From IMG/VR virus record IMGVR_UViG_3300035698_014481, positions 1 through 39,882 of that record: a stretch of DNA of 39,882 nucleotides. One strand, 5' to 3'. This DNA comes from a virus. Of the stretch, positions 7,806 to 16,147 are shown piece after piece. Position numbers and translations under genes: made by a program. The notes beneath the pieces were generated by a model, which was not told the DNA's origin, ran no database searches, and was given only the letters and a program-made list of their open reading frames with translations. Every line of letters starts with the position of its first letter. Within the stretch, counting starts at the first letter, position 1.

Positions 7806-8174
7806 TCAGGACATATCCTCAAAGTGAGGTTTGTTACCATACACAAAGATTTTTTTGTTGACGTTGTGCATTGACATCATGATGGGGATATGATACCTCA
7901 TCAAGAATTCTTCTGCTCTTTTAAGCTGATGATATGCGTGCCGTCTTCCTCTTCGCGAATATTTATATTCTGCTAGAATAAGCTCAGAGTCTTCGGTGAT
8001 AAACATAGCATCAGGCTGGCAAATAAGTTGATGAGTACCAGGCATTATTAGGTTAACCTCTTTCGCACTAAGCACCACTCCATCTATTCCGATGAGTTTA
8101 GGATTTCGTACAATCTGAGATAGGTTTCTATTGTGGTTGTCGTCTGTTTCTATAGGTATATGCTGGCTCATCAA
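7806..8174 (-). CDS. Hypothetical protein with PD-(D/E)XK-like signature
   Basis: QPDAMFITEDSELILAEYK fits PD-x(n)-E-x-K. It is the last gene of the minus-strand arm. Confidence 0.4.
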   Translation of the reverse strand: MMSQHIPIETDDNHNRNLSQIVRNPKLIGIDGVVLSAKEVNLIMPGTHQLICQPDAMFITEDSELILAEYKYSRRGRRHAYHQLKRAEEFLMRYHIPIMMSMHNVNKKIFVYGNKPHFEDMS

Positions 8175-8183
8175 TATTTCACC

Positions 8184-8393
8184 TTATTCGTCTGACCAGA
8201 TCTTTCTACCAACGTTGATCAATACAGCTGCGATTGCTCCTACAAGTGGTGCTACCATTGAGCTAATATCTAAATTTCCAAGATAGATACCAACTGCAGC
8301 GACACCGCCACCAACAAAAGCAATTCCTGCTCCTTTCAAGATCGATATTAGATCTTCTTTGTTCAATTCAAATCTTCCACTTTCTGTTGTCAT
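8184..8393 (-). CDS. Holin-like two-TM membrane protein (69 aa from ATG 8393; track ORF opens at 8456)
   Basis: GGTGA lies 6 nt before ATG 8393. Two hydrophobic segments, GAGIAFVGGGVAAVGIYLG and MVAPLVGAIAAVLINVG. Adjacent to the peptidase. Confidence 0.55.
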   Translation of the reverse strand: MTTESGRFELNKEDLISILKGAGIAFVGGGVAAVGIYLGNLDISSMVAPLVGAIAAVLINVGRKIWSDE

Positions 8394-8431
8394 AATTCTC
8401 ACCTTTATTTTTGATGTATGTAAGTATTTCA

Positions 8432-9217
8432 TTAATTCTTTATGATGCGCCACCAATCGAAACTCACCTTTTTGAAGTTTTCATAAGAAATTCTGTACTC
8501 TCCACGATTGCCCCATCCTGTACCCCATGAATTTTCTATAATAAACTCTTCTGTGTCCTCATCAAACCCAACAATAATCTGAGCGTGACCACCAATCTTT
8601 GATCCTAGTGGTACCCAGGGTTTATTTCTTAGTTTCTGGTATGATTTGTCTATCCACGCGCCGTATATCACCGGTCGCTTCTCAAGGAGAGACAGCTTAA
8701 TTTGCTCTAATGTGATGAGTCTTTGATAGCTCAACACTGGAAATAGGAATTTGCCACACCAATATGCTGCCCATGGAGGTTTCTTGTTATATTTTTTTAT
8801 GTTGTACGGCCAAGCGTACTCAAGAGACATTCCATATTTAGCAAGAGTTTTACAGGCATCACGTATAGACATTCCAGTATCTTTAGGGTATGTCTCTGTG
8901 ATTTCAGTGCGTGCTACGTAGTAGTGAAATAACTCAGAGCCTTCAATATATTTGTCCTCTTGAAGGAGCATGATCTCATAAGCTCGGATTGCTACATGTG
9001 ATGCACAAGATCCGATTGAGTATTGATTTCTGATAGGAGGAGTTGTAAGACGGAACTTTTGTGGGAATGGTAACGGTGCAAAGACAGTACACGTGCGATC
9101 ACGTGTGTCTTTTTCATCCTCAAGTGTGTTGAATATCTTGTCAGGTTTATGATTATAATGATGCTTGATGTATTGAGGAAACAGCCAATGCATCAGCTTC
9201 TGAATCACGTGACCCAC
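8432..9217 (-). CDS. Papain-like (family C1) cysteine peptidase, candidate lysin
   Basis: RNQYSIGSCASHV (Gln + catalytic Cys region), GGHAQIIVGFD (His), ENSWGTGWGNRGEYRISY (Asn-Ser-Trp-Gly block). The start codon is GTG; the alternative is ATG at 9193. Confidence 0.8.
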   Translation of the reverse strand: MGHVIQKLMHWLFPQYIKHHYNHKPDKIFNTLEDEKDTRDRTCTVFAPLPFPQKFRLTTPPIRNQYSIGSCASHVAIRAYEIMLLQEDKYIEGSELFHYYVARTEITETYPKDTGMSIRDACKTLAKYGMSLEYAWPYNIKKYNKKPPWAAYWCGKFLFPVLSYQRLITLEQIKLSLLEKRPVIYGAWIDKSYQKLRNKPWVPLGSKIGGHAQIIVGFDEDTEEFIIENSWGTGWGNRGEYRISYENFKKVSFDWWRIIKN

Positions 9218-9468
9218 CCTTTAGCGTGCAAGATTTGAAATATGATCCACCCAATAAATGAAAACGCTGCAACGAGAATTGTCACTAATAACTTTCGAAT
9301 ATCAGTTTCAATTTTCTTCACAGTACCTTCAACCCATTTGTCGGCTTTATGTTCGTTGATGTTGTCTACTTTCTTCTCTATATTATCAAGTATTGTTTCT
9401 ATTGCCACAAGTCTCTCACCGTGTGTTGTCATTTTTAGTAACCTATTAATTTTTATCTGTGTGCTCAT
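9205..9468 (-). CDS. XhlA-like lysis-associated protein (coiled coil plus C-terminal TM)
   Basis: N-terminal heptad-like RLVAIETILDNIEKKVDNI and C-terminal TM LLVTILVAAFSFIGWIIFQIL. Immediately upstream of the peptidase. Confidence 0.5.
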   Translation of the reverse strand: MSTQIKINRLLKMTTHGERLVAIETILDNIEKKVDNINEHKADKWVEGTVKKIETDIRKLLVTILVAAFSFIGWIIFQILHAKGWVT

Positions 9469-10069
9469 ACCAATCTAATGTGATGTTATGAGTGATTGTG
9501 TCCGTAGTTAAGCTAGACATTATAATCACATATTGTGTACCTGCTGCTAGCACAAACTCATTTACTCCTCTGCTCTCTCCACTGTCTGATTTTTTGCCTT
9601 CTGAACCAAAAAACTTCATCATCAAAGGTGTAGTGGTAGAGATATTAGCTGTTGCTGCTTGAGCTTCATTATAGCTTGTTGCTGTATTAGCTACAACAGG
9701 ATCAGTTATTGAAGTGACAATTGATTCTGTTGCTGTCTTGTTTCTATTGTGATTATAAATGGTGAGGTCTGTTCCCTCATCTACATCAATACTTGGTGCT
9801 TCGTATAAGCCCATTGTAGAGCCACCTGTCGAAGAAGCGTGAATTACAAGATGTAACAATTTAGTACCTGCTGGACAATTAAAAGCAATAGCTGTCATTT
9901 CGCCAATGTTTGTCACTTCGTTTGAATAGTGGCAAGTGAATGAACTTCCACTATGTACTTCATGATGGGCGTAGTCTATTGTTTCAAGTGCTTCTGTTGA
10001 TGCATCTACTCCGCTTTTTCCAGCTTCGTAATCAACTCCGTTAATATAAATTTTTCTTATGTTTGTCAT
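9446..10069 (-). CDS. Putative tail fibre/receptor-binding accessory protein
   Basis: Track ORF 9446..10078. GGGTGG precedes the ATG at 10069 (TAATG overlap with the upstream stop). Ser/Thr-rich beta-type composition. Call is from position in the fibre block only. Confidence 0.4.
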   Translation of the reverse strand: MTNIRKIYINGVDYEAGKSGVDASTEALETIDYAHHEVHSGSSFTCHYSNEVTNIGEMTAIAFNCPAGTKLLHLVIHASSTGGSTMGLYEAPSIDVDEGTDLTIYNHNRNKTATESIVTSITDPVVANTATSYNEAQAATANISTTTPLMMKFFGSEGKKSDSGESRGVNEFVLAAGTQYVIIMSSLTTDTITHNITLDWYEHTDKN

Positions 10070-10392
10070 TAATGCCACCCCTCTGTTGAATCGTAGTGAA
10101 TTATGATTGTCTCTGCATCTATCAGCACAAATGCAACTCCTGCACCATCACCAAAAATTTGTTCTGTTCCATTTGGGTCTATGGTTATATCGTTTCCAGA
10201 TGAACCAACATTTGAAATCTGATATTCTGTACCTTGCACTCCTGCAGGAAGACTGATTGTAAATGCTCCACCATCTGTATCTCCGAATACAATATGATGT
10301 GTTCCATCAAGAGTCGTTGCTCCTGTGACTCGATCAGTGTTCATGATACGACCTTTCTCAGTCTCTAATTTTACATGTGACACGTTAGTCAT
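10069..10392 (-). CDS. Hypothetical structural protein (107 aa from ATG 10392)
   Basis: GGAG lies 8 nt before ATG 10392 (MTNVSHVKLE...). The longer track ORF start at 10488 has no RBS. Confidence 0.5.
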   Translation of the reverse strand: MTNVSHVKLETEKGRIMNTDRVTGATTLDGTHHIVFGDTDGGAFTISLPAGVQGTEYQISNVGSSGNDITIDPNGTEQIFGDGAGVAFVLIDAETIIIHYDSTEGWH

Positions 10393-10515
10393 TTTTGAAG
10401 CTCCACACCAATGTGCTATTTTCAAATACTTCAAGACGATCATTCTGATGAACTTGATAAACAGTTCCTTCTGTTTCAGGTGTACCAAGATCTGGGAATA
10501 GTAATAAAAGACTCA

Positions 10516-11601
10516 CTAGACTCCACCCCAGAATCCTGTGTTGAGTGTCATGATACCTGGAACAGCTCCACCGCCACCACTTTCTTCTTCTGCACCAAAT
10601 GTGAGCTCATGGTCTCCAGTTGGAAGTACGTTGTAGTATTCAAATTTTGACCAATCTAAAGCTCTTGTTGCGGTTGATATTCTTACTTCAGCGATGCATC
10701 CTTTCATAGCACCAACACCATAACCATCATAAACATTTCCTAAACGGACATTATCATAATCAGCCCAAGCTTTTGCTGCGTAGTTATTGGCATTTGTTAT
10801 ACCATTGCAGAAAACAGTAGATGCGTTAATACCAGTGCCGTTAGCTCTAATCCCAACATAAACCCAACTTTCATCAGTATAATTGCTATCTACAGTACGC
10901 GCACCACTAGAAGAACTACTAGCACTACGAACACTAGCCCTCTCACTTGTTGCATGTACTTTTGTTTGGTAATAACTTCCTTCGGATGCTTTATTAACCA
11001 AAACAAACGTAGGATTATACGGACTAAACTGGTATATCCATACAGATATTCCAAAATTCTCGTCAGTAACTCCACAGTTACTTGATACATTCATATAATC
11101 GTTAACAGAAGTGTAATCAAAATAATATGCACCACTACCATTTAATTTAAGTGTTGTTTGCCAAGCTGCACCGCCATTAGTTAAGGTATGTTCATTTCCA
11201 CTAGAATCCACCAATCCATTATCGTTAAGATGCCACACTGCTCCAAAAGTAGAGTCCCAAGCATTTTCAGCGTCTTCACCGTCGGTGGTGTCATTTGAAC
11301 GGTAGTAAATATAAATTTCATTTGTACCTGAAGAAGACAAGGCTGTTTTTACCCATATAGTAGCATTAAGTTCATCAGAAGCAACTGTGAATGCTTGTCG
11401 TTCATACTTTAATAAAGTAGAACCATTAGATGCAGTGAACCGAATATCATGACCATCAGAATTTGTTGCAAGACCTATATCTCCATCCGTAGCAATAACA
11501 ATCGAAACTGGAAAATCTGTAAGGTCACTATCGATATTAGTATTATCAATAGTGATTTTCTTTCGTTTCGTGTATTCGATACCATCGACTGTCCATGTCA
11601 T
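10516..11601 (-). CDS. DUF2341 + LamG (concanavalin-like lectin) domain protein, putative adhesin
   Basis: KRKKITIDNTNIDSDLTDFPVSIVI...GHDIRFTASNGSTLLKYERQ...TIWVKT...IYIYY matches the DUF2341 pattern. It is followed by AVWHLNDNGLVDSSGNEHTLTNGG, typical of LamG_3. Start moved to MTWTVDG (11601), just after the upstream stop. Confidence 0.65.
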   Translation of the reverse strand: MTWTVDGIEYTKRKKITIDNTNIDSDLTDFPVSIVIATDGDIGLATNSDGHDIRFTASNGSTLLKYERQAFTVASDELNATIWVKTALSSSGTNEIYIYYRSNDTTDGEDAENAWDSTFGAVWHLNDNGLVDSSGNEHTLTNGGAAWQTTLKLNGSGAYYFDYTSVNDYMNVSSNCGVTDENFGISVWIYQFSPYNPTFVLVNKASEGSYYQTKVHATSERASVRSASSSSSGARTVDSNYTDESWVYVGIRANGTGINASTVFCNGITNANNYAAKAWADYDNVRLGNVYDGYGVGAMKGCIAEVRISTATRALDWSKFEYYNVLPTGDHELTFGAEEESGGGGAVPGIMTLNTGFWGGV

Positions 11602-11611
11602 TGTTAACCCT

Positions 11612-11899
11612 CTATTCTGCTGGTAATGTATTCTCTTCAACAATTTCTCTAATTTTTTGTTCTGGTTCTTTTTCTCCATAAAAAGCTTTTTCGGTTGTCT
11701 TCCCTTCTTTGTAAATATACATATTTATTTTCCTAGTTGCTGCAACATTTCCAATGACTTCCATATATACAATATGATACCATTTAATATCATTAGCTGC
11801 TTTTAAATCATCAGCATCTAATTCTACTAATATAGTACCTAAGATTTTATTACAAAATGGTCTTGCTTGTAAATCTGCTAATAGTTCTTGTTTTTTCAT
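11612..11899 (-). CDS. Hypothetical protein
   Basis: Track ORF with AGGAGG 7 nt before the ATG. Confidence 0.6.
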   Translation of the reverse strand: MKKQELLADLQARPFCNKILGTILVELDADDLKAANDIKWYHIVYMEVIGNVAATRKINMYIYKEGKTTEKAFYGEKEPEQKIREIVEENTLPAE

Positions 11900-11911
11900 T
11901 CTTAATTCCTC

Positions 11912-14461
11912 CTATGGAGCTGTAAACCCTAATACTGTAACGCTATGCGTTGTCATTGTTGCTGATGTGAATCCTAAATTTTTATTTGCTGTGAGTTTCA
12001 ATGGTGTCTTTAAGTTAATAACCGCACCGCCATTTATTGCAAAAAACATTAATTCAAGAACATCAGTTGCTGATGCTGTATCTTCTACCAGTTTAATACT
12101 TCCAGCTGTTGCACCGTTTGATATGATAATGTCAGTAATATATAATGACAAATTTGCGCCAGGTGTTGCAACTAATTCATTTGCAGTTTGTGCTTCTGTG
12201 GCAGTTTCAGATGCTCTCCATAGATTTGGATGTGCATCATTTACAAATAATCTACCATTAACATCTGCGATCAGGTTTGTTCGATCATCTTCAGCAACAC
12301 TTCCTGGATCAGTTCCATCTTGATTTTTTGCAATTGCTCCTATCTTAATAGGATTTCCACTGTCAGCAGCATCATGAGCAACATCCCCATCAACTTCAAC
12401 TGTATTTGTAATATCTGTTACTGCTGTTACTGTACCACTTGAAAGAACTACAGCTCCTGTATTACAAGCTGTGATTTTCCCATCTATAGAAGTTGTGTCT
12501 CCTGCTATAGTACCTGTATCAGCATCTATTGTTGTCAGTATAGCTTCACTACTTGTTTGTAATGCTGCGGTTGAAGCTCCTGTTGGTAATGCAGAACTTA
12601 GAACATCAACATCACCAATATCTACGCCAGAGTTAGCTGTAAGTTTTCCAATTCCTGCTGTTCCAGCTGCCAACACAACAGCACCTGTATTACAAGCAGT
12701 AATCTTCCCATCGATAGAAGTTGTGTCTCCTGCAATTACACCTGTATCAGCATCTATTGTTGTCAGTATAGCTTCACTACTTGTTTGTAAAGCATCAGTA
12801 GCTGCTCCTGTTGGTAATGCAGAACTTAGAATATCAACATCACCAATGTCAACACCAGAATTAGCTGTAAGTTTTCCAATTCCTGCAGTTCCAGCTGCCA
12901 ACACAACAGCTCCGGTATTACAAGCTGTTATTTTTCCATCTATCGAAGTAGTATCTCCTGCTATAGTTCCAGAATTAACTTCAGTCATATTCAAATCAGC
13001 TGCAGTATCTTGAGCAACAAAAAGCTCACGCTTTGCAGACATTTTAAATGCACCAGAATCTCCTGCATCAACTACATCAGTAGTAAAAGTTCCACCAACA
13101 GGTGTTAAAGCTGTTGTACCAGGAGTAAATGCAGCATCATCTGTTAATGAAGTCCCACCAGCTGCGGATCCTTCTTCAATAGATACTTTAAGATTTCCAC
13201 TTCCTGTTAGTGCTGCAGGAAGTTTTCCATCGATTGATGTAGTATCACCAGCTATAGTATCAAGATTACCACCTGATTCTGTAGCTAGAGCAGATGTGTT
13301 GAGATTGGTTCCTGCATCTGCTGTGATTGTTCCATCAACTGTGACTGTATCAGTAATTGCTGTAACAGCTGTAAGTGTTCCTGATGAAACAACAACTGCT
13401 CCAGTATTACAGGCAACGATCTTACTATCCATTGATGTAGTATCACCTGCGATAGTGCCAGAATTAACTTCAGTCACATTAAGATCAGCTGCGGTATCTT
13501 GAGCAACAAAAAGCTCACGCTTTGCAGACATCTTGAATGCTCCAACGTCACCAACATCAACAGTATCTGTTGTGAATGTTCCACCAACAGGTGTGAGTGA
13601 AGTAGTTCCTGGAGTAAATGCAGCATCATCTGTGATGGATGTTCCACCAGCATCTGCTCCTTCCTCAATAGAAACTTTAAGATTTCCACTTCCTGTCAAT
13701 ACAGCAGGAAGTTTTCCATCGATAGATGTAGTATCACCAGCTATAGTATCAAGATTTCCACCTGATTCTGTAGCTAATGCTGAAGTGTTTAGATTAGTTC
13801 CAGCATTTGCTGTGACTGTTCCGTCAACTGTGACTGTATTTGTGATGTCGGTTACAGCTGTGAGTGTACCACTTGAAACAACAACGGCTCCAGTATTACA
13901 CGCTACAATCTTACTATCCATTGATGTAGTATCACCAGCTATAGTATCAAGGTTTCCACCGGATTCTGTAGCTAGTGCAGATGTATTTAAATTCGTTCCA
14001 GCATCTGCTGTGATTGTTCCATCAACTGTGACTGTATCGGTAATTGCTGTAACAGCTGTGAGAGTTCCTGAGGAAACAACAACTGCTCCGGTATTACAGG
14101 CAACGATCTTACTATCCATTGATGTGGTATCACCTGCGATTGTTCCTGTATCGCTGTCTATGGTGGTCAGTATAGCTTCACTACTTGTTTGTAATGCTGC
14201 TGTTGAAGCTCCTGTAGGTAATGCTGAACTTAGAACGTCAACATCACCGATGTCTACTCCTGAGTTAGCAGCGAGTTTTCCTATTGCTGCAGTTCCTGCA
14301 AGTAATACTACAGGAAGACCCTCTACGTCTGTGATTCTTGTTTGTGTATTATCAGCTCCGAAAGCCAATTTTACGTATTGCCAATGTGCTGTACCGTCGT
14401 CATCAGTCTTAACTACTGAACCTCCAGACATCGTGTTTAATTCAACATTATCAGTTGCCAT
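11912..14461 (-). CDS. Repetitive tail fibre / receptor-binding protein (849 aa)
   Basis: AGGAGG RBS. About 11 copies of the IAGDTTS(M/I)D(S/G)K core arranged in three larger module types. Non-repetitive C-terminal ~150 aa domain. Position in the tail module. Confidence 0.7.
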   Translation of the reverse strand: MATDNVELNTMSGGSVVKTDDDGTAHWQYVKLAFGADNTQTRITDVEGLPVVLLAGTAAIGKLAANSGVDIGDVDVLSSALPTGASTAALQTSSEAILTTIDSDTGTIAGDTTSMDSKIVACNTGAVVVSSGTLTAVTAITDTVTVDGTITADAGTNLNTSALATESGGNLDTIAGDTTSMDSKIVACNTGAVVVSSGTLTAVTDITNTVTVDGTVTANAGTNLNTSALATESGGNLDTIAGDTTSIDGKLPAVLTGSGNLKVSIEEGADAGGTSITDDAAFTPGTTSLTPVGGTFTTDTVDVGDVGAFKMSAKRELFVAQDTAADLNVTEVNSGTIAGDTTSMDSKIVACNTGAVVVSSGTLTAVTAITDTVTVDGTITADAGTNLNTSALATESGGNLDTIAGDTTSIDGKLPAALTGSGNLKVSIEEGSAAGGTSLTDDAAFTPGTTALTPVGGTFTTDVVDAGDSGAFKMSAKRELFVAQDTAADLNMTEVNSGTIAGDTTSIDGKITACNTGAVVLAAGTAGIGKLTANSGVDIGDVDILSSALPTGAATDALQTSSEAILTTIDADTGVIAGDTTSIDGKITACNTGAVVLAAGTAGIGKLTANSGVDIGDVDVLSSALPTGASTAALQTSSEAILTTIDADTGTIAGDTTSIDGKITACNTGAVVLSSGTVTAVTDITNTVEVDGDVAHDAADSGNPIKIGAIAKNQDGTDPGSVAEDDRTNLIADVNGRLFVNDAHPNLWRASETATEAQTANELVATPGANLSLYITDIIISNGATAGSIKLVEDTASATDVLELMFFAINGGAVINLKTPLKLTANKNLGFTSATMTTHSVTVLGFTAP
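12392..14305. repeat. Intragenic mosaic tandem repeats inside the fibre gene
   Basis: Protein residues 108-180 and 336-408 are identical. Residues ~240-340 repeat at ~402-502 (486-nt period), and the LAAGTAGIGKLTANSGVDIGDVD...ACNTGAVV module occurs 3 times. DNA copies differ mostly at synonymous sites. Confidence 0.9.
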
Positions 14462-14475
14462 CTATATTCCTCCTG

Positions 14476-14718
14476 TTATATTCCATCAAATATGAGTTTT
14501 TGTCCACTCTTGAGTATGATATTTTTCTGTGCTCTTATTGCAATATCTCCTGAAACAGGAGTCACTGTAACCAATCCAGTTAATGCAAGCGTGTCACCAC
14601 TGTTTGTTTGTGTGATTGTTGTACCGGTTCTGACCCAGATTACATCTGAAATGTCTTCCATGAGATGAGCGTGCATAAGCAACTCATCTAAAAGATAGTC
14701 AAATGTTGGTTTGGTCAT
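14476..14718 (-). CDS. Hypothetical structural protein
   Basis: Track ORF with ATGA overlap to the upstream stop. Confidence 0.5.
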   Translation of the reverse strand: MTKPTFDYLLDELLMHAHLMEDISDVIWVRTGTTITQTNSGDTLALTGLVTVTPVSGDIAIRAQKNIILKSGQKLIFDGI

Positions 14719-14939
14719 GTGTAACTGTACCCCTCTCGATCATCATATACTTTCTCAAATTTGTCGGACTTATCAGCCCAACTTATATTGGCACAAATGG
14801 TTCCTGTGTCAACTCTCTTGATCTGCCAAACTGCGTCAGATGTTGCTGACCCTCGTGTAGCTTTGCAAACATAAAATATATCACTATCACCTGAATCAAC
14901 AACAACCTTTGTATCAAAATTACTGTCATCAAGTCTCAT
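14715..14939 (-). CDS. Hypothetical protein (74 aa from ATG 14939)
   Basis: GGTGGA lies 4 nt before ATG 14939 (MRLDDSNF...). The track ORF start at 14984 would overlap the upstream gene by 56 nt. Confidence 0.5.
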   Translation of the reverse strand: MRLDDSNFDTKVVVDSGDSDIFYVCKATRGSATSDAVWQIKRVDTGTICANISWADKSDKFEKVYDDREGYSYT

Positions 14940-15237
14940 CAATTCCACCCTGTTCTTCTGAATCCTGAATCTCTTCAAACACATCCTCTTCTTTTACTTC
15001 AGGAGTAAATACGTTGACGCTCTCAACCTTTACAATGTTTTTTCTATCAGCAAGATAGCTGTTCACAAACATTCTATTGTCATCCGGTTCACCTTTAGCG
15101 AGGACTGTTCGAATCATTGCACTTCCCTGCATAGTATGGAACTTCCAGTATTCCTCATCTTCTTCAACATAGATTACTTCCTTCATAAAATACCGCTGTC
15201 TAAAAAGGTTCCACTCCACATTGAATACTACGGTCAT
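14929..15237 (-). CDS. Hypothetical protein (102 aa from ATG 15237)
   Basis: ATG 15237 follows the upstream stop by 1 nt, with AAGGAG upstream. The track ORF opens at 15273. Confidence 0.5.
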   Translation of the reverse strand: MTVVFNVEWNLFRQRYFMKEVIYVEEDEEYWKFHTMQGSAMIRTVLAKGEPDDNRMFVNSYLADRKNIVKVESVNVFTPEVKEEDVFEEIQDSEEQGGIDET

Positions 15238-15238
15238 T

Positions 15239-16147
15239 TTATATAGTCTCCTTTGATTCTCTAACGTCGTCAAAATTAAGTTCTGCAGTTGAACTAGTTA
15301 CGGTTCTAGTATAACATCTGAAAAATATCTTGAATGTTGAATCTGTTACATTAGCAACCAGTTTTCCACCATAATAGCAATCATACTCATCGCTTCCTTT
15401 TGCAACTACCAATATAATACTATTTGTTTCTGCTCCTCCACCACCAATTTGCATATCGGTATATGAACTACCCTCATTAAACGATACCCCAACTATAGAA
15501 CCACTGCCACACTGAATATGTGTTCTAATAAATTTATGAGTATTCGCCGTCAAATTAATTGCTTTTGCAAATGCTGTTGAATGACCATATGATCCGGATG
15601 CCGATACCGATGAAACTAGTTGAGCTTCCTGTGATGTTCCACCTGATTCTGTTGTTGCCTTACATAAAAAAGTATGCGTTTTTGATCCAGCTTCTCCATC
15701 TTCCTCTTCAAATTCCCAATCAGTTGGGTTCTCTGTCGCAATAGCGTCATCTACGTCGTATGATTCAAAATCATCGTAAACATTATATAGTTCACTGTTC
15801 AACCAAAACGCTGGTGTTTGAGCTGCTAACACGTAAATAGCATCAAATGTATCATTAAGATCTGCTGCCAAGAGTTGTTCTCGTGCATACGCATCAACAC
15901 CTGAGTCATGATGTGCTGCAGTTGTTCCAAGTACTCCTCTTGTGCATCCAGTTAAAGTGTCTGTTGATATAGCAGAATAGCTTACAAACTCAGCTTCAAA
16001 CTGAGCATATCCGCTCGCAGCAAACCCTGTTGCACTTGTTAGTGTGATACTAGTCTCTGACTCATCCAAAGCCTCAGCAGTTGTTGTTGCCGCTGTTATC
16101 CAATCGGTTCCTCCTGCATCTGTGTTTCTAATTGCCATTATTGCCAA
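15239..16147 (-). CDS. Putative baseplate/fibre protein
   Basis: The N-terminal segment SITLTSATGFAASGYAQFEAEFVSYSAISTDTLTGCTRGVLGTTAAHHDSGV resembles N-termini common in phage fibre/baseplate proteins. Call is also positional. Confidence 0.4.
   Translation of the reverse strand: MAIMAIRNTDAGGTDWITAATTTAEALDESETSITLTSATGFAASGYAQFEAEFVSYSAISTDTLTGCTRGVLGTTAAHHDSGVDAYAREQLLAADLNDTFDAIYVLAAQTPAFWLNSELYNVYDDFESYDVDDAIATENPTDWEFEEEDGEAGSKTHTFLCKATTESGGTSQEAQLVSSVSASGSYGHSTAFAKAINLTANTHKFIRTHIQCGSGSIVGVSFNEGSSYTDMQIGGGGAETNSIILVVAKGSDEYDCYYGGKLVANVTDSTFKIFFRCYTRTVTSSTAELNFDDVRESKETI

Noticed and set aside
11912-14461. Diversity-generating retroelement targeting the repetitive fibre
   Set aside because: No reverse transcriptase ORF exists in the genome. 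The repeat differences are spread over all bases rather than adenine-specific as far as I can see.
13533-14495. 320-aa plus-strand ORF (and the 180-aa ORF at 12471..13013 and 68-aa ORF at 13296..13502) antisense to the fibre gene
   Set aside because: They mirror the repeats of the minus-strand gene. They have low-complexity V/S/P/A/T composition and no RBS, and would run against a 27-kb co-directional operon. The minus-strand frame has an AGGAGG RBS and a coherent modular protein.
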